A stretch of 64,000 bases of DNA from Neoechinorhynchus agilis. Its lineage: Eukaryota; Animalia; Acanthocephala. The notes beneath the pieces are model-generated. The model saw only the letters and a program-made list of their open reading frames with translations. It had not been told where the DNA came from and did not search any database. The position numbers were made by a program, and so were the translations under genes. This document shows positions 11,101 to 23,400 of the stretch, in pieces. Location of the stretch: positions 2,016,389 through 2,080,388 of the forward strand of contig CM121343.1 of assembly GCA_051530055.1 (NCBI GenBank). Direction: 5' to 3'. Numbering within the stretch: position 1 is the first letter of the stretch; every line of letters starts with the position of its first letter.

Positions 11101-14100
11101 GCAGAATATTCTGTAGAGTTGTGCGTCTTGGTTGGGAGTCTCGGGAAATTGCCTGAACAATGTACTTATTTTTATCGATGTTCACTAATAGCCCTGCCAA
11201 ATTGTACGCGTTTTCGAAGGATTCAGCGCTCCTTTGAAGATCTTCCAAGGAATCACTGATGATACTGCCAAGATAGCAGAATATTCTGTAGAGTTGTGCG
11301 TCTTGGTTGGGAGTCTCGGGAAATTACCTGAACAATGTACTTATTTTTATCGATGTTCACTAATAGCCCTGCCAAATTGTACGGCGTTTTCGAAGGATTC
11401 AACGCTACTTTGAAGATCTTCAAAGAATCACTGATGATACTGCTAAGATAGCAGAATATTCTGTGAAGTTGTGCGTCTTGGTTGGGAGTCTCGGAAATTG
11501 CTGAACAATGTACTTATTTTTTTATCGATGTTATCTAATAGCCCTGCCGATTGTACGCGTTTTCGAAGGATTCGCGCTCCTTTGAAGATCTTCCAAGGAA
11601 TCACTGATGATACTGCTAAGATATGCAGAATATTCTGTAGAGTTGTGCGTCTTGGTTGGGAGTCTCAGGAAATTGCCTGAACAATGTACTTATTTTTATC
11701 GATGTTCACTAATAGCCCCGCCAAATTGTACGCGTTTTTCGATGGATTCAGCGCTCCTTTGAAGGTCTTCCAAGGAATCACTGATGATACTGCTAAGATA
11801 GCAGAATATTCTGTAGAGTTGTGCGTCTTGGTTGGGAGTCTCGAGAAATCGCCTGAACAATGTACTTATTTTTATCGATGTTCACCAATTGCCCTGCCAA
11901 ATTGTACGCGTTTTCGAAGGATTCATCGCTCCTTTGAAGATCTTCCAAGGAATCACTGATGATACTGCTAAGATAGCAGAATATTCTGTAGAGTTGTGCG
12001 TCTTGGTTGGGAGTCTCGGAAAATTGCCTGAACAATGTACTTATTTTTATCGATGTTATCTAATAGCCCTGCCAAATTGTACGCGTTTTCGAAGGATTCA
12101 GCGCTACTATGAATATCTTCCAAGGAATCACTGATGATACTGCTAAGATAGCAGAATATTCTGTAGAGTTGTGCGTCTTGGTTGGGAGTCTCGGGAAATT
12201 GCCTGAACAATGTACTTATTTTTATCGATGTTATCTAATAGCCCTGCCAAATTGTACGCATTCAAATTCCAGCATACTTGAAGATCTTCCGAGGAATCAC
12301 TGATGATACTGTTAAGATAGCAGAATATTCTGTAGAGTTGTGCGTCTTGGTTAGAGTCTTCGGGAAATTGCCTGAACAATGTACTTTTTTTCTCGATGTT
12401 CACTAATAGCCCTGCCAAATTGTACGCGTTTTCGAAGGATTCAGCGCTCCTTTGAAGATCTTTCCAAGGAATCACTGATGATACTGCTAAAGATAGCAGA
12501 ATATTCTGTAGGTTATTGCATCTTGATTTGGGGTCATATCGGCACAATCTTATACTTCTTTTTTTATCGATGTTAACTAATAGCCCTGCCAAATTGTACG
12601 CGTTTTCGAAGGATTCAGCGCTACTTTGAAGATCTTCCAAGGAATCACTGATGATACTGCTAAGATAGCAGAATATTCTGTAGAGTTGTGCGTCCTGGTT
12701 GGGAGTCTCGGGAAATTGCCTGAACAATGTACTTATTTTTATCGATGTTCACTAATAGCCCTGCCAAATTGTACGCGTTTTCGAAGGATTCATCGCTCCT
12801 TTGAAGATCTTCCAAGGAATAGCAGATGATACTGCTAAGATAGCAGAATATTCTGTCGAGTTGTGCGTCCTGGTTGGGAGTCTCGGGAAATTGCCTGAAC
12901 AATGTACTTATTTTTATCGATGTTCACTAATAGCCCTGCCAAATTGTACGCGTTTTCGAAGGATTCAGCGCTCCTTTGAAGATCTTCAAGGAATCACTGA
13001 TGATACTGCTAAGATAGCAGAATATTCTGTAGAGTTGTGCGTCTTGGTTGGGAGTCTCGGAAATTGCACAAACAATGTACTTATTTTTATCGATGTTCAC
13101 TAATAGCTTTTCTGGAAGTGTACGCGTTTTTTCGAAAGTTCAGCGCTCCTTTGAAGATCTTCAAGGAATCACTGATGCGTACTGCTAAGATAGCAGAATA
13201 TTGGCAAAGTTGTGCGTCTTGGTTTGGAGTGTCGAAATTGCCTGAACAATGTACTTATTTTTATCGATGTTCCACTAATAGCACAAATTATATGCGTTTT
13301 GAAAGTTCATGTCGCTCCTTTGAAGATCTTCAAGGAATCACTGATGATACTGCTAAGATAGCAGAATATTCTGTAGAGTTGTGCGTCTTGGTTTGAAGTC
13401 TCGAGGAAATTGCCTGAACAATGTACTTATTTTTATCGATGTTCACCAATAGCCCTGCCAAATTGTACGCGTTTTCGAAGGATTCAGCGCTCCTTTGAAG
13501 GTCTTCCAAGCAATCACTGATGATACTGCTAAGATAGCAGAATATTCTGTAGAGTTGTGCGTCCTGGTTGGGAGTCTCGGGAAATTGCCTGAACAATGTA
13601 CTTATTTTTATCGATGTTCACTAATAGCCCTGCTAAATTGTACGCGTTTTCGAAGGATTTAGCGCTCAGCACGAAGATCTTCAAGGAATCACTGATGATG
13701 CTGCTAAGATAGCAGAATCTGTGAGTTGTGCGTCCTGGTTGGGAGTATACAATGTACTTATTTTTATCGATGTTCACTAATAGCACTGCCAAATTGTATG
13801 CGTTTTTGAAGGATTCATCGCTCCTTTGAAGATCTTCCAAGGAATCACTGATGATACTGCTAAGATAGCAGAATATTCTGTAGAGTTGTGCGTCCTGGTT
13901 GGGAGTCTCGGGAAATTGCCTGAACAATGTACTTATTTTTATCGATGTTCACTAATAGCACTGCCAAATTGTATGCGTTTTTGAAGGATTCATCGCTCCT
14001 TTGAAGATCTTCCAAGGAATCACTGATGATACTGCTAAGATAGCAGAATATTCTGTAGAGTTGTGCGTCTGGTTGGGAGTCTCGGGAAATTGCCTGAACA

Positions 14101-14191
14101 ATGTACTTATTTTTATCGATGTTCACTAATAGCCCTGCCAAATTGTACGCGTTTTAGAAGGATTCAGCGCTCCTTTGAAGATCTTCCAAGG
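7907..14191. repeat. 175-bp tandem satellite, ~36 copies, derived from the RT region of the adjacent RTE LINE
   Basis: Unit cactgatgatactgctaagatagcagaatattctgtagag...gaagatcttccaaggaat recurs every 175 nt. The minus strand translates as SLEDLQRSAESFENAYNLAGLLVNIDKNKYIVQ...FCYLSSIIS. Confidence 0.97.
8118..8156. repeat. Poly-C run (39 nt) inside the satellite, probably a sequencing/assembly artefact
   Basis: Pure C homopolymer interrupting a monomer; the flanking monomers are error-rich. Confidence 0.6.
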
Positions 14192-14849
14192 TCTATAACG
14201 TTCACAATAATTTATGTAAAGGTGGCAGTCTTTTCCCTTGAAAGTCTCGATGAACACATGAACTATTCGTGCGATCCATATCCTCATCACGAAGACCGCT
14301 AACATCGAAGAGATGTACAAACCATTTAAACTGTTGCTCAATCCGCGCATTATCACCAGAAAAACAGGTCCAAAAACAATTACAAAAATATATACTTGCT
14401 TTATTGACAATGCAGATTCTAACTTGTGTTGCTCAGAATTTCGTTTTCTTAAAGCTTCATGAAATAGATCCTTTCTAACGTCCTCATTCAACAGCAGCAA
14501 ATTATTCGATCACATGATCACTTGGACAACACATCACATGATTTAAAAGGTTATCTTGATAGAGGATTACTGATATTCGAATTCTACCAAAAACTTTTAA
14601 ATCCTTGTCAGGAGCCAAATGCGTCGTGTTTGTTTTTAACTTCGGATAATCTTATTCGTTAGCTGAGTATCGAAATTGAGGTGAAAGATATCATTGATTG
14701 GATATCCACCGTGTTTATAGGACCTTTTGGTTAACAGATCTTCTTCCTTTTTAGAATCATTTTTTAATTTTGGGTTCACTTACTGAGCATTTTCTTTAAC
14801 ATCCTTTTTGGTCAACAATTCGAGATGCTCAATTGAATTAATGATCAAT

Positions 14850-16790
14850 TCCCCTGCTCACTTTGAACATTATCCCTAAGTTCGCCGGTGCAAATTTTTC
14901 TGCCACCTCAGCGAAATATATTACCGGCCTCGAGGATTTTAGATGCGTGATCGGAGTTCAATGCCTTGCTAATGATAGCGTTGAACTCTGTGTGCCCTGC
15001 GAAGCGGCCACTCCACCGTTTGTACCCCGGGCCATGTCGTCCGGACTCGTCAACATTGGAACCACATCGGCATTTGTGTGGGGCACATTTGAAGTAGACC
15101 CAGCTCAAGTGGGACAGCGATCACCACTGTTACGTTATCTAGCAGACTGCCTTTGATGCTGATCAGAACAACGTTCATTTAAGCTTCGGACTCCATCGAC
15201 CAGCTCGATATTAGTCGTGATCGGGAGACATCGTCGAGTCAGCCTTATAGAGGATCGGAAGCCTTCTCAACGAGAGGTGAATACTTCTCAATGAAGACAG
15301 GAATCCTGGGATGGAAAGTCTGACGACGTTTTGTATGCCTATCTCACTTATCCGAATTGGTTGATTTGTTTTACTGCATGCTTTATCGGAGATGGATATC
15401 TTGAATATGTAATGCATATTCGACCTCAATTTGTAGTTTAGCTTTGCCAAGGTCGCCAAATGCTCAAAAAGGGTGCAGCTCGCAATTTATACAGTAACTT
15501 TTGGATGTATAGGCACCCCCGGACAACGAACATGACTTCATGAGCTTTGAGATCGCGAGCCCGTTGACAGAACAATTCTAGTTTGTAAGCTCCTCATTGG
15601 CCTTCCTCCCGGTATTTGACATAGGAACGTAATTCCTTCCAAGGTCAAGCTGATTCACATTGATCGATAGGATTCCCAGAGCGACCGAATTGAAAAAACT
15701 CACTATATTCGAAGATTCGGTACCAGAAACATTCAAGGGCAAGATTAAACACTTTTGCTGTTGATATTGAGGTCTACGGCGGACGCACCAACACCGAATG
15801 TGGCATCACGGAGGTTCCAACTTTTGAATTTCGGTCGCAAGCAACGGGCGACTGTGTTCGTAACTAATGCCAAGCCCAACGGACCTCACTGATGCACTCC
15901 AGTCTCTGACCAGAAAGCGTGGACTTCGTATATCAATGGGTTTTAGTTCCATAAGCCGTTACGAAGTATCCGTAGGCCTTCGGTTCATCGTTCGCTATGG
16001 TTTTGGCCGTCCCATTGACAGTACTGAAAGCTTTCCGATAGTCCATCTTAAGGAACGCCGTTGGATCGACACTGTTTTCGACCAAAGTTCGTATGGCGTG
16101 AACAGTCCTCTGAGTTCCGCAAGATGTATGACCCAACCGAATTGGTTCATAGCTGAGAATATCTTTCAAGTGCATAGAGCTTCGACCGTCCGGGCCAGGT
16201 CCCGATCCTTTGACGAAACATGCGATGGCCCGTTCAAGATCCCAGGAGTAACGGCGGCTTAATGGAAAGTGTCCAATAGGTGCTAGCAGTAGGATAGGCC
16301 TGAAGGATGTTCAACCTTTAGGTTTTAAAAGTGAACTTGTCGTTGTTTGCGAATGACTCAGCTTAGCATAGAATCCTGACGGCATCACGTAGGTCAGAAT
16401 CAACCAGTTTGGCTTGATCGAAAGGATATTAGCGTCCATTAATTTCAAATGTTACAGACTGTGTTTTCTTTAGAACGTTCTTTAACATTACATCGAAAGT
16501 CGTGAGACGCTTATTGGTAGTTTTTGTAAGGCTGCGGTTCCTATCGCAATTGGTGCAGAATAAAGCCTTGGAAAGGTCGAAATGAAGTTAATTAATCTCG
16601 CTCTTATCGTTCAAGAACCTGGAAAGCATCGAGGAATATGACTGAGTTCACTGCTTTCTTGCACTTTTTGGAATCCTTTCCAGTATCACACGACGAAGTT
16701 ATCAAAGAAAATCTCGGATCCAAGATGTAAATGTGGATGAATGACATGTTGGCTGGACAGAAGAGCCGGGACAACCTTATCTCACAGGTT
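14850..16790 (-). mobile_element. Degenerate CRE-clade (restriction-like endonuclease) non-LTR retrotransposon
   Basis: Minus-strand fragments read RIPKSAR, IACFVKGSGPGPDGRSSMHLKDIL, TSCGTQRTVHAIRTLV..FLKMDYRKAFSTV and CRCGSNVDESGRHG....SGRFAGHTEFNAIISKAL. These match CRE-type RT and zinc-knuckle motifs as I recall them. Confidence 0.75.
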
Positions 16791-17826
16791 CGTATTTCTT
16801 TTTTTGGTCACTATTGGTCACTTCGATGTAATGTTCACATTTAGACCATCGAGTCGGCGGTTGCTAAACTCGTTCTGATCAATGTGGAAATTCAGAATGC
16901 AACTTTTATGTTGCAACCCAGTTTGTTTCATTTGCTCTTGTACGGCGACGATTAATTTCTGCTCGATCGCATTTATTATTTGTCGTAAAGTCGAAATCTA
17001 GAAAACATTGAGTTTTTGGTCGCAATCATTATCAATTTATTCATTTTAAAAGGACCGATTTCTGTCTTCTAGCCCGTTCCGTTCTTTGTTGCTTTCCCCT
17101 TTTCTACACATCTAAATGATCGGATGCATTTTGAATTTTCATTCATGGAATAATCTTCCTTCTTGAAAAATAATCCAAAATGTCCGTTAAATATCAACGA
17201 AGGGGACAACTATTTCCCCTGCCAACTTTGAATGAAAACTCGAAAATCGAAGATGCAAAATTTGCCATCGATTTCCTTACAAATTATCAGTGCATATCAA
17301 ACAGTTTCTCTTGAGTACTTAATTATCAAAAGTATCTTTTTAGTTGACTTCCAAAAAAGCTTTTAAAAAGAACAAAAAATTTTCTATTCAAGTTTTTAGG
17401 CGATTAAAGTATTTCCAGAAAATAGCACCTGCCGATGTTTCATCACACAAGAATACATTTCTTGTAATATTTAAGTACGTGATCGATTAGAAAAAAGACA
17501 ACATATTGATATGATTTTCCTTTGTTTTCGTAGTTTTGCTACCCCCTCCCCGGATCACGGTGGCAAAAATACCAAAAGGAAGTATCTTTTCCCCCCGAAA
17601 ATAATAATCCAAGACATATTGATATGAGTGGGTCTGTCTCTGCTTAAAAATCGTCATTAATGAGCGGACCCACCACTGTTCATAATACTCGTTCACAGTC
17701 GTCTTTTTTGTTCTCGGGGATGTGTTGATCAAAATCTCTGATTGGAAATATTTTATATTTTTTATTTTTTTTATTTTGTACGACACAGGAATTCTGGATC
17801 GTCATTTCCGACGTTCGGAGAACTAG

Positions 17827-18213
17827 ACATCGAAACGTCTTTTATTTCGGGAACGGCGACGATACCAACTTCATTCATTGGACGACCTTGCTATTCTGGT
17901 TTTGCGTGGCGAAAATAATGGTTCAAACACCGCAGCCCAGCAACTTGACCGTCCATATTTTACTGATTTAATGAAGAAAATGCTGACACTCGATCCACAC
18001 GTTCGAATGAGTGCAATTCTTGGATTAGAACATCCATTTTTGACTTTGGATCATTTATTCGCTGAACCCGAATACCTAAAAGAGAGCCGCAATGATATGA
18101 AAGTTTGTTTAATTACAAGCTACCATCATAAACGTCTTCAGGACGAACAGAGACCGTTACTGAATACCTCGTGGCTTATTGAAAATTATAGGGGAACTCG
18201 GCGGAATATTTGA
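17827..18213 (+). CDS. C-terminal fragment of a CMGC protein kinase domain, HIPK-like
   Basis: ERRRYQLHSLDDLA...DRPYFTDLMKKMLTLDPHVRMSAILGLEHPFLTLDHL...ESRNDMKVC resembles HIPK subdomain XI and the sequence after it. No upstream catalytic exons were recognised. Confidence 0.55.
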   Translation, partial: TSKRLLFRERRRYQLHSLDDLAILVLRGENNGSNTAAQQLDRPYFTDLMKKMLTLDPHVRMSAILGLEHPFLTLDHLFAEPEYLKESRNDMKVCLITSYHHKRLQDEQRPLLNTSWLIENYRGTRRNI

Positions 18214-19410
18214 CACGAAGACTCTTCGGACAAGAATTTCACCATTTCGACAACAATCTTGGAGTTTAAAAATAAAACGTTTGGTTGGCGCAATGCTATA
18301 TTTATAGAAGAGATAAAAATATAAACGGATTTATCAAGAAAATACAGAATTTATTTCGTTGAATTTTGTTGTCTTTATCATAGAATTTGCGATCTTGGTA
18401 AATCTCGAAAGTCATTAATTATTTCTATGTTTTAATTAGTTAATTCTTGTGCTCTACGAAGCGACTCCTTTATTTGTTTCTAAATTCTGCAGCAAAAAAA
18501 ATAATACTGTCATCGAATAAAAATTTATTGCGCACTTGCTATTGTATTAACTTTTCCGAAAAATATTATTTGATATGAAACAACGATCATATCTCCCGTT
18601 TACAATGTCGTTCCTCTTTCTTATATAACCGTCAATAATACGCTTGCTCGATTTTTCCCGACGTCGAATGACCGCTTAATTGTTGCATTCAGCTTATTAT
18701 TTTGTATCGCCGCGCCAATTACATTAAAAGAAAACGTGCAAATCTTTTCATTGTTCAACTTGTCTTCCCAGCGAAGGACAAAAATTTATTTATTTATTTC
18801 GTGTTTTTCTGACGTGATATCTTCTCTCTATTGACAAATCGATATCTTTTTCATGGAGGCCGAGTGCCATTCGGGCTTTGGTAACTGGAATACCTACGTT
18901 GTGTTTCGTTTTTCATTTATTTGGAAAGATTTTCTCTCGAGCGAAAGCAAAAAAACAAGTGCAAGGTTTATTTTCTTGAAGATAAATTTTGTGTTTTCAT
19001 ATTATTAACAAACTTTATTTCTTGAGGTATAAAATTCAATGTTTAGCAAGTTTTTTCAGAAATTCATGTAATAATATTAAGGGATATGAAAAACGTCGAT
19101 GAGGGGAGCGTTTAACCTTTTAATACCGAACCTTGTCGCAATGTCCGACGGATAATTCGCAAAGAATTAAAGAAAAAGGACAGCAGCAAACGTGCTTTTT
19201 AAAATATTTACTTGAGCTATTTTTGACTACCACTTTCTTGGATCTACATCGAATCTGTGACGTCCTTTCGTAATCTTTTTTTGTTGTAAATATCATATTT
19301 TTTACTAATTCCTCGTATAAGTGCAAATATAATCTTGTAAATTATAATTTAGTTTCAATTTAGTCAAAGAAAGCACAGTTTAATGGGTCAATAATTGTTT
19401 CAGATAAAGA

Positions 19411-19998
19411 ATGGACTATACTGAACCGGTATATGAACACAAACTCGTGAATTGGGTTTTAGCACAGTTTAACGGATTTTTAATAAAGCAGAGATCACCA
19501 ACAAGCAACTTTTTTACTTCGGATATCCCTGTAATAATGAATCTCGTCGCAATTTGTCTCCATGGACGACGGTCGCATCTCAACTTTGTCGCTCATCATT
19601 TATTTGTGTTAACTTTGAACGTAATTGTACATAGTAGCAACTTTGTTCCGCAATTGGCTCATATAAAGTTTCTTATGGAGGTAAGTATTCCCTTTGTTAA
19701 TCTAAGATGGTACCTGAGAACCCATCGAACACTAAAAGGTGAAGTAAAAACAAAAACAGAGTTGGAAAGGATAGATGAAATCATCATTTTCATACTATTC
19801 TTCGCTTTCAGGATATGTCCTATTCCTATTTTCTGGATAATGAGATTTCAAATACAACGTCCTCTGGATCTTCCCTTTTATAGCAACCTTGACTCATTTA
19901 TGACGACAATGGTGATTTGCCTTGATGTACTGAACGCTTACTGGTTTGTGAAAATAGCTGTACCTGCAAAGACAGTCTTTAAACATAAGGAACACTGA
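19411..19998 (+). CDS. TLC (TRAM/LAG1/CLN8) domain membrane protein, TLCD/TMEM56-like; may lack upstream exon(s)
   Basis: HHLFVL, LMEVSIPFVNLRWYL, FFAFRICPIPIFW and LNAYWFVKI are TLC-domain motifs; several hydrophobic segments. Confidence 0.8.
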   Translation: MDYTEPVYEHKLVNWVLAQFNGFLIKQRSPTSNFFTSDIPVIMNLVAICLHGRRSHLNFVAHHLFVLTLNVIVHSSNFVPQLAHIKFLMEVSIPFVNLRWYLRTHRTLKGEVKTKTELERIDEIIIFILFFAFRICPIPIFWIMRFQIQRPLDLPFYSNLDSFMTTMVICLDVLNAYWFVKIAVPAKTVFKHKEH

Positions 19999-21204
19999 AC
20001 TTGGCATTAATCAATGCTCAATGTATTAAATCTTTACAAGGATGTGCGCAGTAATCCTCATTGTAGGAACTACTCTTTTACAGAATGAACAGCAACCTTC
20101 CGAACTATGAAAGCCTTTAGGTTGAAAGATCTAATTAAATTAATATTTTATGAACCTAGCAATCGCGCTATGGACCTGCTTCCGTTTTAATCCTTCAGAT
20201 GTTACCCGATTAATTGGCACAACCTTAATCCTTGCCATTAATTGTGAACGGAGCACATTTCCTTGGCACTTCACTCAATGTCATGCGACTTTGTCTTGGT
20301 TGTATTGACAATCAATTTATCCCCAGTACTTAAATTAATTTTCTCAGCACTCAACATGTTATTATTTATTTCAAAATTAAATTTTGTGGCTGATTTCGAT
20401 CGGTATAACATTCGGCTAATCGTAATGAGGGAAGAAGAGAAAATAACAAAATCGTAGCCTAGTACTTTTTCAGTTTGAATTTCGGCAACCGGTTTTATTG
20501 CAAAATTTAGATCTTTTCAAACCATCGATCAATTCCGAAACGAGGGTCCTTTACTAAAAATGTAATAAAATTCGTTATGATGGTTACAAAACTGGCTAGG
20601 CACTGCGGGTTCCACTCTCCTAAAATAATATCTGGTTCTCAATTTAAGAAATGAGTAATGTTGTTTCTAATAAAACGTGAAACCTTCCTTGTTGCAATAT
20701 GAATATTTATCAGTGTAAGCGACTGCTTACCTTTCAATTCTTGGTTACTGCGTAAAATATACTAAATCTTAAGGTTTATATGGCAAAATCTTGTCTTTAT
20801 TTCAAACAGTAATTTAGAAAGGCTAATTTATTAAAGTTTGTAAACCATCAAGAAATTGAGACTATTATTAAATTTGTGTTTCTGTAAAGCATTTAATGCG
20901 AGGTCGGCTAATACTTTCAGTAAGTTTGCCTAACTTCTCCAGCTCAATCACACTTTTGTGATTTTATCTCGAAGTGAGCATCGCAAAATTGTCAGATTTT
21001 TTAGCCAGAGCCACCGACGACTCGTGGGTGCGTCTCTTTGTGTTCCCCAGATTAGTGTTTTCCGCCATTGATATTACTGGCAGTCTGACCACGAAACTCA
21101 ATAGTTGGCCGCAAAGCTTGCAATCCATCCCTATTTTTCCAAAAGCATTGTACTCATTCAAAAAGCTTATTTTTGGTCAGTAAATAATTTTAGCTCTGTC
21201 GCCC

Positions 21205-21621
21205 TCAGTGATAACAAACGTTGGCATCCTTACAAACGAGACACTCAGTGCACTTTGGATCGTGTCTTGTGCAGGTGGTACCGGCAAGAGTTAAACGAAC
21301 TCCATTCACGGCGCCAAAGTCCAGGAGCCGTGCGTTAGGCCATCGATGGAGGTACTGTCCTTCAAAGTAAATTCGCTGCATGCACAGAGGAATGCATGAA
21401 ACCTTCGCGATTTTCTCTTGGAGATCCGATACTCTGATAGGTCTATCTCTTTGCAAGTACAACGGCAACATCGTTGAACCGTGTTGAACTTCCAAATTGA
21501 CGACGTACATGCCTTGGAGTGGGTAGTCGTGGCACGGTGTTTCCATTCTGAAGACGAAGTTGATGAACGTCCCACTACTAAATTTTGAACATATTAGATA
21601 TTTAGTTGCCATGGTGATCAA
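21205..21621 (-). CDS. Small ubiquitin-like-domain protein (BAG1-type Ubl)
   Basis: LEVQHGS...RVSDLQEKIAKVSCIPLCMQRIYFEGQYL...LLDFGAVNGVRLTLAG fits a Ubl fold pattern. The true start is probably the internal Met (MYVVNLEV). Confidence 0.6.
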   Translation of the reverse strand: MITMATKYLICSKFSSGTFINFVFRMETPCHDYPLQGMYVVNLEVQHGSTMLPLYLQRDRPIRVSDLQEKIAKVSCIPLCMQRIYFEGQYLHRWPNARLLDFGAVNGVRLTLAGTTCTRHDPKCTECLVCKDANVCYH

Positions 21622-21739
21622 TCCGTAGAGCCAACGTATTTAAGCTTAATTAGTTCTGTTTTTTGTAATTAAATCCAATTCAAGTTTACTTATAAGCAAT
21701 TGCTCTCTTTAGTACTGGAAATCTTCAGCGAATTCTAAA

Positions 21740-23400
21740 ATGAGAGGTAGGGAATGCCAAAATCTATCACACGTTGATCTTATCGGGTGGAATCCGAAGC
21801 TTCGATGTGTAATCTGGCTTGTTTCCATCAAAAATGGATGACGACTGGATATACGCAGCTTCCATGACCACACGACTGAATCGATCGTGACTTCGTAATA
21901 ACACTTGTATGTTATCAAAATCGATCTGATGTCCAGTATTCACAGCGTGTGAGACCACTGCAGAACTCATGTCACTCTTTCTATTTATCGATCGCTTGTG
22001 CTCTTGAATTCTCCTATTTAGATCGTTCGTTTGTCCGATGTAGACCTGATTACATTCACTACATGGAATCCTGTATACTGATCCAGATTGAGGCTCGCCT
22101 TTTTGTTGGGACAAAGTAGTGTGTAAATTACATCCCTTCCGACAATACACACCTACCAGGGGACTGCTACTTCCTGTTTATAGTGTCCTCTGCATCTTCC
22201 TGAACAAGGATTCATCATGGAAGGGTACCTCTAGGAAAATCTTCGCTTTCTTCACATTAGAAACCCTTCCGTGGCTGTCTCACTCCTTCAAGGCATCTTT
22301 TTTCCAAATGTAGAGGATAACCGAGTCTGCCCGACAAGTCGAACAGAAAATTAAGCTCTTTATCCCGTATAAATTCATCACTACAGTGTGTAAAAGCTCT
22401 GTGAAATAACCATCTAATCCTAGACATTTTTTTTATTTTTGCGGTTGCATTGAACTCCATGGAACAAAACGATGCGGGAAACCATATTTCCTGTACACGC
22501 TCGTTGTGTATGAATTCTCCTTTCGTTTAATGGATACATCGAGAAACGAAAAATATCCTCGTTCCTCAATGTCCATTGTCCACTGTATGTGGTCGTCCTT
22601 ACCATTCAGCTGATTGTGAAGCTCCTCAGGAGACAGGACAGAAGAGTCTAGCAATATGAAGGTATCGTCCACATATCTAACCCAGAATGCGATCCCAGGG
22701 ATGGCCTTTAGGAAATCAGATTCCCATTGCCTCATATATAACTCAGCTAAGATAGGAGCTAGAGGACTTCCCATTGCCAAGCCATCTTTTTGGTCATAGT
22801 CGCATCCCTCGAATCGAAAATTGGAAAATCTGGTACAGAACAGTAAAAGTTTTTTCCAGTCAGTCTTAGTGAGTTTCCATTCATTGTTAAGTGAAAGCAA
22901 AGGAATAGCTAGATTGATTGCACGATTCACATGAATTTTTGTGAAGAGGGACGTAACATCAGCAGAAACCATTGTGTAAGTAGAACCCAAATTAGAGCGA
23001 AGTCTTGATATGAAATCCTCACCATTATCAATAGTATTATCGGAAAATCCCATTATACTACGTAGCATATCTGCTATTTTTCGGGACATATCAGTACAGA
23101 ATGCCGAGTGGGCAGCCACTATAGGTCGAAACATAATAGGATTTTTGTGTACCTTGGCGAGAAGGTATAGTCTGGGCGTTTTTGCATCAGTAGAGCGAAG
23201 TGCTTTATAATCATCAGGAGGAAGCTTCCCTTGATTTTTCAATCTCAAAATAAATGAGTTGAATTCCCTTTCACGACTTTTTGTTGGGCATGTACTGAGC
23301 TGCTCAAACTCATTACCGTTGAGGATTTCACGGCCCGCTTCTCGATATTGTTGTGAATTCGCAATTCCTTGATGTCCCTGAGAAGGTCCATTCCACGCTG
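21740..23400 (-). mobile_element. Penelope-like element (RT + C-terminal GIY-YIG endonuclease), frameshifted
   Basis: RT: TPRLYLLAKVHK..FRPIVA, SADVTSLFTKI, QKDGLAMGSPLAPILAELYM, WVRYVDDTF, FSFLDV..VYRK. Downstream GIY-YIG: GSVYRIPCSECNQVYIGQT...RIQEHKR...SHAVNTGHQIDFDN. Confidence 0.93.

Noticed and set aside
7907-14191. CTGATGA plus adjacent hairpin (ctgct-aagat-agcag) in the 175-bp monomer as a hammerhead
   Set aside because: No GAAA at the correct position and no matching stems I/III. The motif is the antisense of RT codons (I-I-S).
7907-14191. Short match GTTGTGCGTC(A)TTGGT between the 175-bp monomer and array B, suggesting common origin
   Set aside because: The 175-bp monomer is explained as LINE RT coding sequence, so the ~15-nt match is treated as coincidence.
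8236-14302. Dozens of 66-130 aa ORFs in this array (and the 60-130 aa ORFs in the 33-37, 43-47 and 60-61 kb arrays) as genes
   Set aside because: They are by-products of tandem repetition and alternative start codons; only the RT-derived frame has a protein origin.
21690-21735. CTGAAGA 40 nt downstream of the Penelope GIY-YIG stop as a pLTR hammerhead
   Set aside because: The position fits, but no stem II or GAAA follows. At best it is a truncated remnant.
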